This document shows positions 55,741 through 64,000 of a stretch of 64,000 nt of DNA, piece by piece (position 1 is the stretch's first letter; every line of letters starts with the position of its first letter). The DNA comes from an uncultured Bdellovibrionales bacterium (GTDB lineage: Bacteria; Bdellovibrionota_C; UBA2361; OMII01): contig CAZZJR010000002.1 in assembly GCA_964654585.1 (NCBI GenBank), positions 18,957 through 82,956 of the forward strand. Direction: 5' to 3'. Position numbers and translations under genes: made by a program. The notes under the pieces are model-generated. The model searched no databases. It worked only from the letters and a program-made list of their open reading frames with translations, and had not been told where the DNA came from.

Positions 55741-57519
55741 ATGGCGCTGCCAAGCAATTCGAAACGAAAAATTTTTGACGGGCGGTACGAAGTCCTGTCA
55801 ATCGTCGGTCGGGGTACCGACAGCGTGGTGTACCATGCTCGGCACATCCAAGGCTCGCATCAGGAAGTCGCTCTCAAGGTACTGCTCAATCAGAAGAGCA
55901 ACATCTCTCTCTCGGAGCGTCTGCGCAAAGAAGCCCTCACCCTCGTATCTTGTCGCCACCGCTACGTCGTGCGCCTTGACGACTTTCACTCGGTAGACGA
56001 CCTCTGTTACCTCTCGATGGAGTACGCCGCTCAGGGAGACTTGCGCAAAGTCCTCGCCCAACTCGCCGGTCCTCTCTCCGTCGAGCAAGGAGAAACATAC
56101 CTGCGGCAGTGCCTTGAAGCCCTCGATTTCATCCATGCAACGGGAGTTATCCATCGCGATATCAAGCCCGACAACATCCTTGTGTTGAACGATAAAGAGG
56201 CTCGGCTAGCAGACTTCGGCTTAGCGCTACTTCCGGGGGACGAGATTGACATTGAGGACCTGCAACGCGGCGTTGGCTCATTCTCGTACCTGCCGCCCGA
56301 GGTCGTTGAGGGCGTACGCTACGACGAGCGCTCTGACCTTTACTCGCTCGGACTCTGCTTTTACGAGGCCCTCGCCGGATTCCATCCGTTCTCAAGTCTC
56401 CCGATCGCCGAGCAGCTTGAAGCGCGACGGGACGGCAAAATTGCGCCGCTTCGGGACGTAGCTCCCGGCGTCTCGCCGAACCTTTCTGACGTCATTGTAA
56501 GACTGATTCGCTACCAGGCGGAGGATCGCTTTCAGTCAGCTGTTGAGGCACTCAGAGCGCTTGATAGCAAGGGGAATGCCGCTCTCCCTTCAGCGTCTGC
56601 TGTGCCAGAGGCTGTCGCTGTAAACACTGACGCTGTTGGCGCAGTGGCAACGGCAGCTCAGCTCTCTCAAGCTGCTGCCGTGAACTCCCCAGAGAGCTTC
56701 ATCGATCCGTTCGACGATGACGACTTCGAGCTCGATGACCTCGATGACCTGGACGATTTAGATGATGAAGCACCGCCAGCTAAGCGTGAAGCGCAACCTA
56801 CCGAAGAAGTAGACTTGGCAAGAATCAAAGAGATTCTCTCTCGTGACGCCGAGCAAAAAGCGCCAGTTGCAGCCCGTCATCAGCAGACTGAACCGGAAAC
56901 ACCACCACCTCCCGTTATTCCCCCGAAGCAGGGACGATACAACCTGGAGCCCAAATCCAATCAGATGAAGCCGCGACCACCCGCGCAAAAACCGCCCCGA
57001 CCCCGCGGGCGATTGCAGCGACTCCTCTCTATCGGGGTGGCAGCGGCGGCTCTAACGGTCATATTCTCGGCAGTGCTGCAGAGGTTTCCAGAGCTCGTCG
57101 GCAAGAACCCTTCAAGCTCAAACGCTACCGATGAGAAGTTCGATCCGCTGACAGCTCCCGCCAAACTTGACTCCTCGGTCGAGGAAACCGAGTCTGCGGA
57201 AATAGCCTTCCCGGTCATCCCCGGTGGGCTTTACTCGGGCGGAATAGATGGAATCATCCCGGGAGTTCGCTCGCCACTCGCCCTCATCTCATTTCCGGGC
57301 AAGCACGAAGTAGCAGTTATAATCGGTATTGAGGGTTGGTCGCCCTCGATCAGCTCCACGCTCGATGAAGGGGCTGCTGAGAGCCAGACCCTAGTGGTCC
57401 GCTCCAACGGAGTCGTCTTAAACCTCTCTGGGGAGCTGTCGTCTGACTCAATTACTGGTACATTCGTTAACACCATGACCGGAGAAACCGGCACCTGGAG
57501 CGCAAAGAAGGCCCCGTAA
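55741..57519 (+). CDS. Hanks-type Ser/Thr protein kinase with one TM helix and an extracytoplasmic C-terminal domain
   Basis: GRGTDSVVY...ALK (VAIK-like), HRDIKPDNIL, DFG, and the SYLPPE activation segment. Then an acidic DDDDFELDDLDDLDDLDDE linker, a Pro-rich region, the TM helix LLSIGVAAAALTVIFSAVL, and a C-terminal domain of about 130 aa. Confidence 0.88.
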   Translation: MALPSNSKRKIFDGRYEVLSIVGRGTDSVVYHARHIQGSHQEVALKVLLNQKSNISLSERLRKEALTLVSCRHRYVVRLDDFHSVDDLCYLSMEYAAQGDLRKVLAQLAGPLSVEQGETYLRQCLEALDFIHATGVIHRDIKPDNILVLNDKEARLADFGLALLPGDEIDIEDLQRGVGSFSYLPPEVVEGVRYDERSDLYSLGLCFYEALAGFHPFSSLPIAEQLEARRDGKIAPLRDVAPGVSPNLSDVIVRLIRYQAEDRFQSAVEALRALDSKGNAALPSASAVPEAVAVNTDAVGAVATAAQLSQAAAVNSPESFIDPFDDDDFELDDLDDLDDLDDEAPPAKREAQPTEEVDLARIKEILSRDAEQKAPVAARHQQTEPETPPPPVIPPKQGRYNLEPKSNQMKPRPPAQKPPRPRGRLQRLLSIGVAAAALTVIFSAVLQRFPELVGKNPSSSNATDEKFDPLTAPAKLDSSVEETESAEIAFPVIPGGLYSGGIDGIIPGVRSPLALISFPGKHEVAVIIGIEGWSPSISSTLDEGAAESQTLVVRSNGVVLNLSGELSSDSITGTFVNTMTGETGTWSAKKAP

Positions 57520-58106
57520 TGTTCCGTATGTTTCGTCGACTGCCCCTCACAATGATTGCTTTTGCGATCGTTGCTGCCGTTGGTAGGGTCAATGTGGCGT
57601 ACGCTGAGCCGGAACCAACCTCCACCCAGTCGCCCTCGAAGCTTCAAGTCGGTCACCGTCAGCCGGAGACAGCAAAGGTCCCGCTCCCTGGCTCGCCCAT
57701 GACCCTGACGGTTGAGCTCGTTAACTCGCGTGATGTCGAAACAAAAATCCGCCTTGTCGGCTCACGGGACGGACGGTTCATGGACATCGCATTTCCTCTT
57801 GGAGCACTCAACAAGCTTGACCACGCAGAGTTCTCGGTTAGCATCCCTGCTCCGTTAGCAGCGATGACCTACCAGTTCATCATTCATCAGCCAGACGGGT
57901 CGCTGTCAACCTCCGCTCGGTACCTCATCAAGCGCCCGTGCATCCAAAATTTTAGGGTAGAGGTCTCGAAAGACGACCCGAATGCTCGCATCAAGCACGA
58001 GCTCGGCACTCTCATCGCAAAATCTAAATCGCTCGAGCGAGACACCCAAAACCTTGAGGCCGCTCTCAAGGCGCTCAAAGATATTACGACATCATTGAAC
58101 CAGTGA
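57519..58106 (+). CDS. hypothetical secreted protein (beta-rich domain plus C-terminal coiled coil)
   Basis: Its ATG overlaps the kinase stop codon (TAATG). It has a signal peptide ending AYA|E. No family recognised. Confidence 0.55.
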   Translation: MFRMFRRLPLTMIAFAIVAAVGRVNVAYAEPEPTSTQSPSKLQVGHRQPETAKVPLPGSPMTLTVELVNSRDVETKIRLVGSRDGRFMDIAFPLGALNKLDHAEFSVSIPAPLAAMTYQFIIHQPDGSLSTSARYLIKRPCIQNFRVEVSKDDPNARIKHELGTLIAKSKSLERDTQNLEAALKALKDITTSLNQ

Positions 58107-58116
58107 GGGAATCCCG

Positions 58117-58776
58117 ATGATGAAGCGCATCACCCTCACGTACCTATCAATTGCAGCAACGGTTTTCTCAATCGCGCTTTCTCGCCCTTCAGTAGTGCAT
58201 GCTGCCCCCCAATCTGGCCCGGTAGTCATAAAAGTGAAGGTTGAGGCGAAGCCGGAACCGAGCAAGGCGATCGGTATAGTGCTCTCCGCCGGCGAAACGA
58301 TTCAGGTCAACGACACCACGATTGAGAAAGTGGGCGACAAGCTGTTCGACATTTCATTTAGGGTCGATGCCTCGGCGCTCTCCGAAGACAGCGTGGCAAC
58401 TGCCATGGCATTCAACTCGAACGGCGATGTTGTCTTCGCTAACGTGACCCCTGCTCTCTTGTCGAGCACCGCAGCACTCGTAGCCTCGATACCAAACTGC
58501 CCGCCGGAAGATCCTTCGCTCGCTATTCAGTTTAACCACTTTGGCCCGCTGCAACAGCTCGTTGACGTCCGAATCGCTCGCACTGAATTGCTCCGCTCAA
58601 ACATTACTAGCATGCTCACCCCAGAGCTAACGCAGAGGCTCACGCAGCTCGAAACAGCCCTCGGCCTTTCTCGACAGGAGCCTCTCTCTTCGTCCCTGCC
58701 ACCGTCTGAGCTAGTTGATCGTCTCACTCGTCTCGACCACGCCCTCAAAAAGTACAAGAGCTTCAAAAACCAGTAG
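58117..58776 (+). CDS. hypothetical secreted protein (beta-rich domain plus C-terminal coiled coil)
   Basis: Starts 10 nt after the previous gene. Signal peptide ending VHA|A. Same overall layout as the preceding protein. Confidence 0.55.
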   Translation: MMKRITLTYLSIAATVFSIALSRPSVVHAAPQSGPVVIKVKVEAKPEPSKAIGIVLSAGETIQVNDTTIEKVGDKLFDISFRVDASALSEDSVATAMAFNSNGDVVFANVTPALLSSTAALVASIPNCPPEDPSLAIQFNHFGPLQQLVDVRIARTELLRSNITSMLTPELTQRLTQLETALGLSRQEPLSSSLPPSELVDRLTRLDHALKKYKSFKNQ

Positions 58777-58800
58777 CTCTCTCCGCCTGGTCTCTACTCC

Positions 58801-59811
58801 ATGAGCGATTCGAAGCATGAAAACACTCGCGTCTCTCCAGGGGCGAATTGTGCCATAGACATTGGGCGCGTCGAAAACACACTGCGCACCTCCTACCACT
58901 GCTTCACGCTTTTTTCGCCCTCCGACGGGCCATCTTCCCTGCAAGAGCTGCTCTTGCGGCGCCTCCCTCACATTCCACTCGGTTCTTGGAGAGAGCGTTT
59001 TGACTTCGGCGGCGTGTACGTGAATGGCCACGAGGCACTTGCGGACCAGCAGCTGCCGTACCCGTGCAAGGTCGAGTACTACGAGCCCAAATTCCCGATC
59101 TCGGAAGCTGTGGCTATTTTCCCCGCCTTCGAGGATCGCTTCGTTGTGTTTCGCGATGAGGCAGTCGCCGTGGTCTTCAAACCGCCCGGCTTGCCGAGCA
59201 TGCCGGCGAAGGAGCAGCGCCACTTCAGCCTGAAGGCGTCCCTCGATGCCTTATTCGGAGTGCAGGTTCACATGCCTTCGCGACTCGATGTTTCAGCGCA
59301 AGGAATTGTAGTTGTGAGCCTTAATCCCGGAACCCACGCCCACCTGCAAAAGGCATTCGAGTCTCGGAGCGTCCACAAGACCTACTACTTGGCCACAGCT
59401 GCGTCGGTGCCGTGGGAGGCGCTGAATGTCGAGCTCCCGATCTGCCGCGACCCGCGCCATCCCGTGCTGCGAAGCGTGACTGGAAACGATGGCCTTGCGG
59501 CCGAGACGCGGCTCTCACGCGTCGGAACATCCTCGTCTGAAGGAACTTCGGTTACTGTGGTTCGTGCTGAGCCAGTCACTGGCCGCACACACCAAATCCG
59601 CGTCCACGCTGCTTCGCAAGGGGCACCGATCTTCGGCGATAATTTCTACGGCGGAGCTCCCGCGTCTTCGCTGCACCTCGTGAGCCACTCGATCGCTTTC
59701 ACGCATCCGCTCTCCGGCGAAGCAGTTGCTGTTTCGCTTCCGAGGGAACTCACTCCGAATTGGCTGATCACCGAAGCGGCGAGCCCTCCCGCCCGCGCTG
59801 GAAAGCCGTGA
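58801..59811 (+). CDS. RluA-family pseudouridine synthase
   Basis: Catalytic HMPSRLD (HRLD-type) motif, GRTHQIRVH, and an F.HP..G C-terminal motif. The N-terminal extension of about 100 aa shows no obvious S4 motif. Confidence 0.78.
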   Translation: MSDSKHENTRVSPGANCAIDIGRVENTLRTSYHCFTLFSPSDGPSSLQELLLRRLPHIPLGSWRERFDFGGVYVNGHEALADQQLPYPCKVEYYEPKFPISEAVAIFPAFEDRFVVFRDEAVAVVFKPPGLPSMPAKEQRHFSLKASLDALFGVQVHMPSRLDVSAQGIVVVSLNPGTHAHLQKAFESRSVHKTYYLATAASVPWEALNVELPICRDPRHPVLRSVTGNDGLAAETRLSRVGTSSSEGTSVTVVRAEPVTGRTHQIRVHAASQGAPIFGDNFYGGAPASSLHLVSHSIAFTHPLSGEAVAVSLPRELTPNWLITEAASPPARAGKP

Positions 59812-60022
59812 TCAATAGCGGCTTGCTCCCGCTCTCGCGCGCCGCGGCTACTCCCTGAGCACGGTCATACGACGAACTCGCGCCTTCATCATTCCGGCAA
59901 CTTGCGATTTAACTCTCTGCTTTCTTCCCCTACTATGCGGGCGCTGATCCGATAGTCGGTGACACGTTGTCGGTATCAGCATAACTTTTTGTGCAGCTGC
60001 GGCTGTTGTGGAGGGACTTCTG

Positions 60023-61159
60023 ATGGCTACCAGGGTGATGATTGTGGAAGACGAAGCGGTTGTGGCACTCGACATGACCCATGAGCTTGAGTCCGCAGGG
60101 TACTCCGTCGTCTGCCACGTCACCAATGGCGAGGAAGCTGTGGAGAAGGCGCTCGAGCTCAAGCCCGACGTGATCCTCATGGACATCACGATTCAAGGAG
60201 AGATGGACGGGATCTCGGCTGCCCAACGTATCGCGGATCGGTCACGCATCCCGTTTGTCTTTGTCACCGCCCACGCTGATGAGGCCACCCTGCAGCGCGC
60301 GAAGATAACCCGTCCCTACGGATACATCCTCAAGCCGTTTGAGCCAAACGAGCTTCGGGCGAACATAGAGATCGCCCTGCACAACGCCCAGCTCCGGCAA
60401 GCGGCGCCAGTTGATGAGCTCGACGAGGAGCGTCAGGTTGTTGAGGAAGCTGTGCTCGCCCCTGGCGGGATAGACGAGTACAAGTACGAGGCTATCAAGG
60501 CGATCGGGCTCTTCGACGGGATGGCGCTCAAAGACCTGCACGATATCGCGAACTGTGCCGTAGTGCGCGACGTCCACGCGGGAGAGTTTGTTTCGATGGA
60601 CGGCGAGAGGCCTGAGTTTGGGTTCATGGTGATCTCTGGCCGGTTGGCTGTGATCAAGTCCACGCCCCAGGGTAAGGAGCTGACCCTTGAGCTCCTCATT
60701 CCAGGCGATTGCACGGGGATCCTCCGGGCGCTTGAGCCAACTGAGATGGACACCTCCATTCGTGGGCAAGTCGACGCAAAGGTCCTCGCCATCCCGACAC
60801 CAAATCTCCGGGCTATTGTAGAGAAGAACCCTCTCATTTACCGCCGAGTCGCAATCGAGCTCATGCAGCGTTCGCGGCGCGCCAACAACCTGGCACTCGG
60901 CCTCGCCCACTCGCGAGTCGAGAGCCGGATAGTTGCCGCGCTGCTCGCGCTCGCTCCCCGGTTCGGCCGCCCCTCTACCTCCGACGATCAGACCCGCATC
61001 TTCCTGACTCGCAAGGAGCTCGCCGACTTGACCGGCACAACTCCAGAGACCGCCATCCGTGTCACCAAGAACCTTGAGCGCGAAGGTCTGCTCGATCTCA
61101 CCAAGCCCGGAGTGATCAAGATCCTCTCTCTGCATCAGCTCAAAGAGGCCGTTGAGTAA
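60023..61159 (+). CDS. response-regulator receiver fused to a Crp/Fnr-type cNMP-binding domain and HTH
   Basis: REC motifs: VMIVEDE, DVILMDI (acceptor Asp), LKPF. Then a cNMP-binding beta-roll (FVSMDGE..EFGFMVISGRLAV) and a Crp-type HTH (LTRKELADLTGTTPETAIRVTKNLEREGLL). Confidence 0.8.
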   Translation: MATRVMIVEDEAVVALDMTHELESAGYSVVCHVTNGEEAVEKALELKPDVILMDITIQGEMDGISAAQRIADRSRIPFVFVTAHADEATLQRAKITRPYGYILKPFEPNELRANIEIALHNAQLRQAAPVDELDEERQVVEEAVLAPGGIDEYKYEAIKAIGLFDGMALKDLHDIANCAVVRDVHAGEFVSMDGERPEFGFMVISGRLAVIKSTPQGKELTLELLIPGDCTGILRALEPTEMDTSIRGQVDAKVLAIPTPNLRAIVEKNPLIYRRVAIELMQRSRRANNLALGLAHSRVESRIVAALLALAPRFGRPSTSDDQTRIFLTRKELADLTGTTPETAIRVTKNLEREGLLDLTKPGVIKILSLHQLKEAVE

Positions 61160-61263
61160 GTGCTGGCGCGGCCTGATCGCCGTTAGCAACTGAAAGCTGC
61201 TCGCCTCGTGCCTTGCGCGCGCCGCTGGTACTCTGCTCGCGTTGCTGTGAAAAGAGAGGTCTT

Positions 61264-61500
61264 ATGGAAAACAACCCGTTCGTTGAGAAAGCGCTGCGAG
61301 ACTTTAAAGCTAGAGTGCCCGACTGCATTGAGCTGCACGACGCCCGCCTGGATTCGATCCTTGAGCAGGTGCAGAAGCTCCCGTCACCCGAGAGGGAGGC
61401 TCGTCTTGTGGAGCTGATACTGGACGCGGGCGAGCCTGATTCGTCGCCTCTGCCTCGGGAGAATGTTCCTGATCCTCAGCGGCTTGTGCCTGGCCTGTAA
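61264..61500 (+). CDS. hypothetical small protein (78 aa)
   Basis: ATG 61264 follows AGAGAGG. It is a helical, acidic protein with no family recognised. Confidence 0.4.
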   Translation: MENNPFVEKALRDFKARVPDCIELHDARLDSILEQVQKLPSPEREARLVELILDAGEPDSSPLPRENVPDPQRLVPGL

Positions 61501-61510
61501 CAGCGGCTGG

Positions 61511-61960
61511 TCACTCAACTGCGCCGGGCTTAATCTTGCGCCGTACGGCCTTTCGCTCTCCGTGCGCCTTCTTGGAGTCCAGCCGCCGTCTCTGGCTCGC
61601 GCGCGTCTTCTTCGTCGGGATGCGCTTCTTCGGGGGCCGAATCGCTTGCCGCACGAGTTCATGCAGCTTCCGAATGGCGTCCTCTCGGTTGAGAAGCTGG
61701 CTGCGGTGACGCTGCGAAGAGACGGCTATCATCCCCGAAGCATCCAGGCTTCCCAACACCGCAGGATGCTGCCCGAGGCGCCCCTTCTGCTCCCAAGAGA
61801 GACGGCGAGAAGCTGTATAGTCGAACGTGACCGTGACTTTGGTCTCGACCTTGTTCACGTTCTGTCCGCCCGGACCCGAGGAGCGTGCTGTCGAAAAGAC
61901 AAGCTCAGACTCCGGGATAACGAACGGCGCCGGTCGAGGCTTTGTGGGGCTGCTGGACAT
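61511..61960 (-). CDS. arfB: alternative ribosome-rescue factor ArfB (peptidyl-tRNA hydrolase, RF-1 domain)
   Basis: GGQ motif (SSGPGGQNVNKVETKV), SQ..NRE, and a basic C-terminal tail (KKRIPTKKTRASQRRRLDSKK), colinear with E. coli YaeJ. ATG 61960 is preferred to 61996. Confidence 0.82.
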   Translation of the reverse strand: MSSSPTKPRPAPFVIPESELVFSTARSSGPGGQNVNKVETKVTVTFDYTASRRLSWEQKGRLGQHPAVLGSLDASGMIAVSSQRHRSQLLNREDAIRKLHELVRQAIRPPKKRIPTKKTRASQRRRLDSKKAHGERKAVRRKIKPGAVE

Positions 61961-62162
61961 GCTTCGCACGGTACCATGAAGGACTAGCAGCCGCATGCGA
62001 AACCTGCGGCCTGAGCATCATCTTGTCCGCTCGCAACCACCCGCAAAAACTGGTGTTTGCTAGTGCTTGCGAAGTGCAGTATGTAACCTCCAACATACGG
62101 CGCCGGGCACCCCTTTTTCATTCGTGATCCCGGGCTATCTTGTAGTCTAGGAGCACCCACAT

Positions 62163-63560
62163 ATGGCGAGTCAGTCAAAGGATCTCATCGTTCTCGGTTC
62201 AGGCCCAGGCGGGTACGTTGCCGCCATCCGCGCGGCTCAGCTCGGACGCACGGTGTCGATCGTCGAGCGCGAGGCGCTTGGCGGCGTGTGCCTCAACTGG
62301 GGATGCATCCCCTCAAAAGCTTTGCTCCGCTCAGCGCAGCTATACAACGACATGAAGCACGCCAAGGAGTTCGGCTTCGAGACCGGCAAGGTCTCAATCG
62401 ATTTCCCGCGCATCATCGAGCGCTCGCGCGAGGTTGCAGGCAAGCTCTCCGGTGGCGTGAACTACCTGATGCGCAAAGGCAAGATCGAGGTCATCTCAGG
62501 CAACGGCGTGCTCGAGAAGGGCAATAAGCTAGTCGTCACTGACAGCGCAAAGAAAAGCACGACGTACGATTTCAAGGACGTCATCATCGCCACCGGCGCC
62601 CGTCCTCGCCCGTTCCCTGGTGTCGATGTCGACGGCGAGGTGATTCACACCTCTCGCACTATCCTTGAGAATAAGCGGCTCCCGCAGAAGATGCTCATCA
62701 TAGGGGCCGGAGCTATTGGAATTGAGTTCGCCTACTTCTTCAGCACCCTTGGGACCCAAGTTACCGTGGTGGAGATGGCTGACCAGATACTGCCTGTCGA
62801 GGATACCGAAGTTGCCCAGGCTTTGGAGAAGATCTTCACCAAGAACGGCATGACGATTCGCACCGGGACTGGGGTCCACGATCTCAAGCGCTCTGGCAAG
62901 TCAGTGAGCGCAACCCTCAAGGGCAAGAACGGCGACGAGCAGTGGAGCGGCGACGCGTGCCTGGTAGCTATCGGCATCATGCCAAACACCGAGAACATCG
63001 GCCTCGAAAAGGCCGGCATCGAGGCGAACCGCGGGTTCATCAAGGTCGACGAGCTGATGCGCACTAACGTTGCGCACCACTACGCAATCGGAGACGTCGC
63101 CGGTGGGCCAGCGCTCGCCCACAAGGCGAGCCACGAGGCGATCGTTGCCGCGGAGGTTGCGGCAGGCAAGTCGAAGCACCCGATGAAGTACGACAACATC
63201 CCGGGCTGTACCTACTGTCAGCCTCAAGTTGCCTCCGTTGGCCTCACTGAGCGCGCGTGCAAGGAGAAGGGCATCAAGTACCGCGTCGGAAAGATGCCGT
63301 TCCAGGCGGTAGGAAAGGCTATCGCCATCGGAGAGCAAGACGGTTTCGTAAAAGTCATCATCGACGATCAGGTGGGCGAGGTTCTCGGCGTGCACATTAT
63401 TCACTCCGAGGCTACCGAGCTGATCTCCGAGGCTGCTATCATCCGGTCACACGAGGGTATCGCGGCGAGCGTGGTCGACACGATACACCCGCATCCGACC
63501 CTGTCGGAGGCAACGATGGAGGCGATGGCGATCGCGCTTGGAAGACCGATCAACTTCTAG
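62163..63560 (+). CDS. lpdA: dihydrolipoyl dehydrogenase
   Basis: GSGPGGYVAAIRAAQLG FAD motif, redox disulfide GGVCLNWGCIPSK, GAGAIGIEF NAD motif, and a C-terminal HPHPTLSE dimerisation/His-Glu motif. Confidence 0.9.
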   Translation: MASQSKDLIVLGSGPGGYVAAIRAAQLGRTVSIVEREALGGVCLNWGCIPSKALLRSAQLYNDMKHAKEFGFETGKVSIDFPRIIERSREVAGKLSGGVNYLMRKGKIEVISGNGVLEKGNKLVVTDSAKKSTTYDFKDVIIATGARPRPFPGVDVDGEVIHTSRTILENKRLPQKMLIIGAGAIGIEFAYFFSTLGTQVTVVEMADQILPVEDTEVAQALEKIFTKNGMTIRTGTGVHDLKRSGKSVSATLKGKNGDEQWSGDACLVAIGIMPNTENIGLEKAGIEANRGFIKVDELMRTNVAHHYAIGDVAGGPALAHKASHEAIVAAEVAAGKSKHPMKYDNIPGCTYCQPQVASVGLTERACKEKGIKYRVGKMPFQAVGKAIAIGEQDGFVKVIIDDQVGEVLGVHIIHSEATELISEAAIIRSHEGIAASVVDTIHPHPTLSEATMEAMAIALGRPINF

Positions 63561-63564
63561 CACT

Positions 63565-64000
63565 TTGGGCACGAGCGACGCAGACGGAGAGAAGCTGCTC
63601 CTTGAGGTGTACGACCTCGGTACTATCGAGTACCAGAAGGCTCTGGAGCTGCAGCGGCACTACCACAAAAAGCTGATCGAGGGCTCACAGGACGACCTTC
63701 TGCTCGTCTGCTCGCACCCGCCGGTTATCACCTGCGGCACGTCGACCGAAGACGCCCACATCTTTGCCTCTCCCGAAGAGCTTGCGGCGCGCGGCACTCC
63801 CCTCGTTCGTGTCGAGCGTGGCGGAAGCGTCACCTACCACGGCCCGGAACAGTCGATCTTTTATCCGATAATCAGCCTGCACAACCACAAAACCGATGTG
63901 GGCTGGTACATGCGCTCGCTTGAAGAGGTCATCATCAAGACTCTGGCTGACTATGGAATCGAGGGGCGCCGAATCCCAGGAAAGACCGGTGTTTGGACCG
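63565..64000 (+). CDS. lipB: lipoyl(octanoyl) transferase, 3'-truncated by the window edge
   Basis: An open frame runs to the window end. It encodes YDLGTIEYQKALELQ, HPPVIT.G and RGG.VTYHGPEQ motifs of LipB. The start is uncertain (TTG 63565 or GTG 63607). This ORF is not in the supplied track because it has no stop codon. Confidence 0.8.
   Translation, partial: MGTSDADGEKLLLEVYDLGTIEYQKALELQRHYHKKLIEGSQDDLLLVCSHPPVITCGTSTEDAHIFASPEELAARGTPLVRVERGGSVTYHGPEQSIFYPIISLHNHKTDVGWYMRSLEEVIIKTLADYGIEGRRIPGKTGVWT

Noticed and set aside
56713-56770. A short GAC/GAT-rich repetitive stretch (GACGATGACGAC...CTCGATGACCTCGATGACCTGGACGAT).
   Set aside because: It lies in frame inside the kinase gene and encodes the acidic DDDDFELDDLDDLDDLDDE linker. 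It is a low-complexity coding repeat, not a CRISPR, VNTR or regulatory array.
1-64000. A search for CRISPR arrays, transposases, integrases, phage genes, toxin-antitoxin pairs, reverse transcriptases and known defence-system signatures.
   Set aside because: None was seen on either strand. No direct-repeat arrays are present, and no DDE or tyrosine-recombinase motifs. The only tRNA has no adjacent integrase. The window appears to be core chromosome.

Overview
GC-rich chromosomal segment from a Gram-negative (diderm) bacterium, shown by LptB, a TonB-dependent receptor, a SurA-like chaperone and lipoproteins. It also encodes sigma-54, a PilT ATPase and flagellar parts (FliH/FliI, FlgE). About 60 genes are densely packed and most are housekeeping: tmk-holB-tatD, mfd, pcnB, the lptB-rpoN-hpf-rapZ block, metK, trmB, arfB and lpdA-lipB. 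I found one tRNA-Arg(UCU). I found no rRNA, CRISPR array, transposase, integrase, prophage or recognisable defence island, so this reads as core genome rather than an accessory region. No stretch can be called a clearly novel multi-gene system from sequence alone. The most unusual items are: (1) a 670-aa protein colinear with UvrA whose ATP-binding and signature motifs are all eroded; (2) a membrane-anchored AAA+ ATPase built from an 822-bp internal duplication, divergent from a bacterial Thg1-like 3'-5' polymerase gene; (3) an isolated fliH-fliI pair behind an ABC exporter, with a lone flgE nearby that has a near-consensus sigma-54 promoter; (4) a Ser/Thr kinase translationally coupled to two secreted proteins of unknown fold; (5) a peptide-deformylase-like protein lacking the metal ligands; (6) a Fur-family regulator and TonB receptor divergent from SulP plus two tandem beta-carbonic anhydrases; (7) two long non-coding gaps of about 530 and 590 bp that contain stable hairpins. 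All homology calls come from motif recognition by eye and from remembered family sequences. No database search was run.
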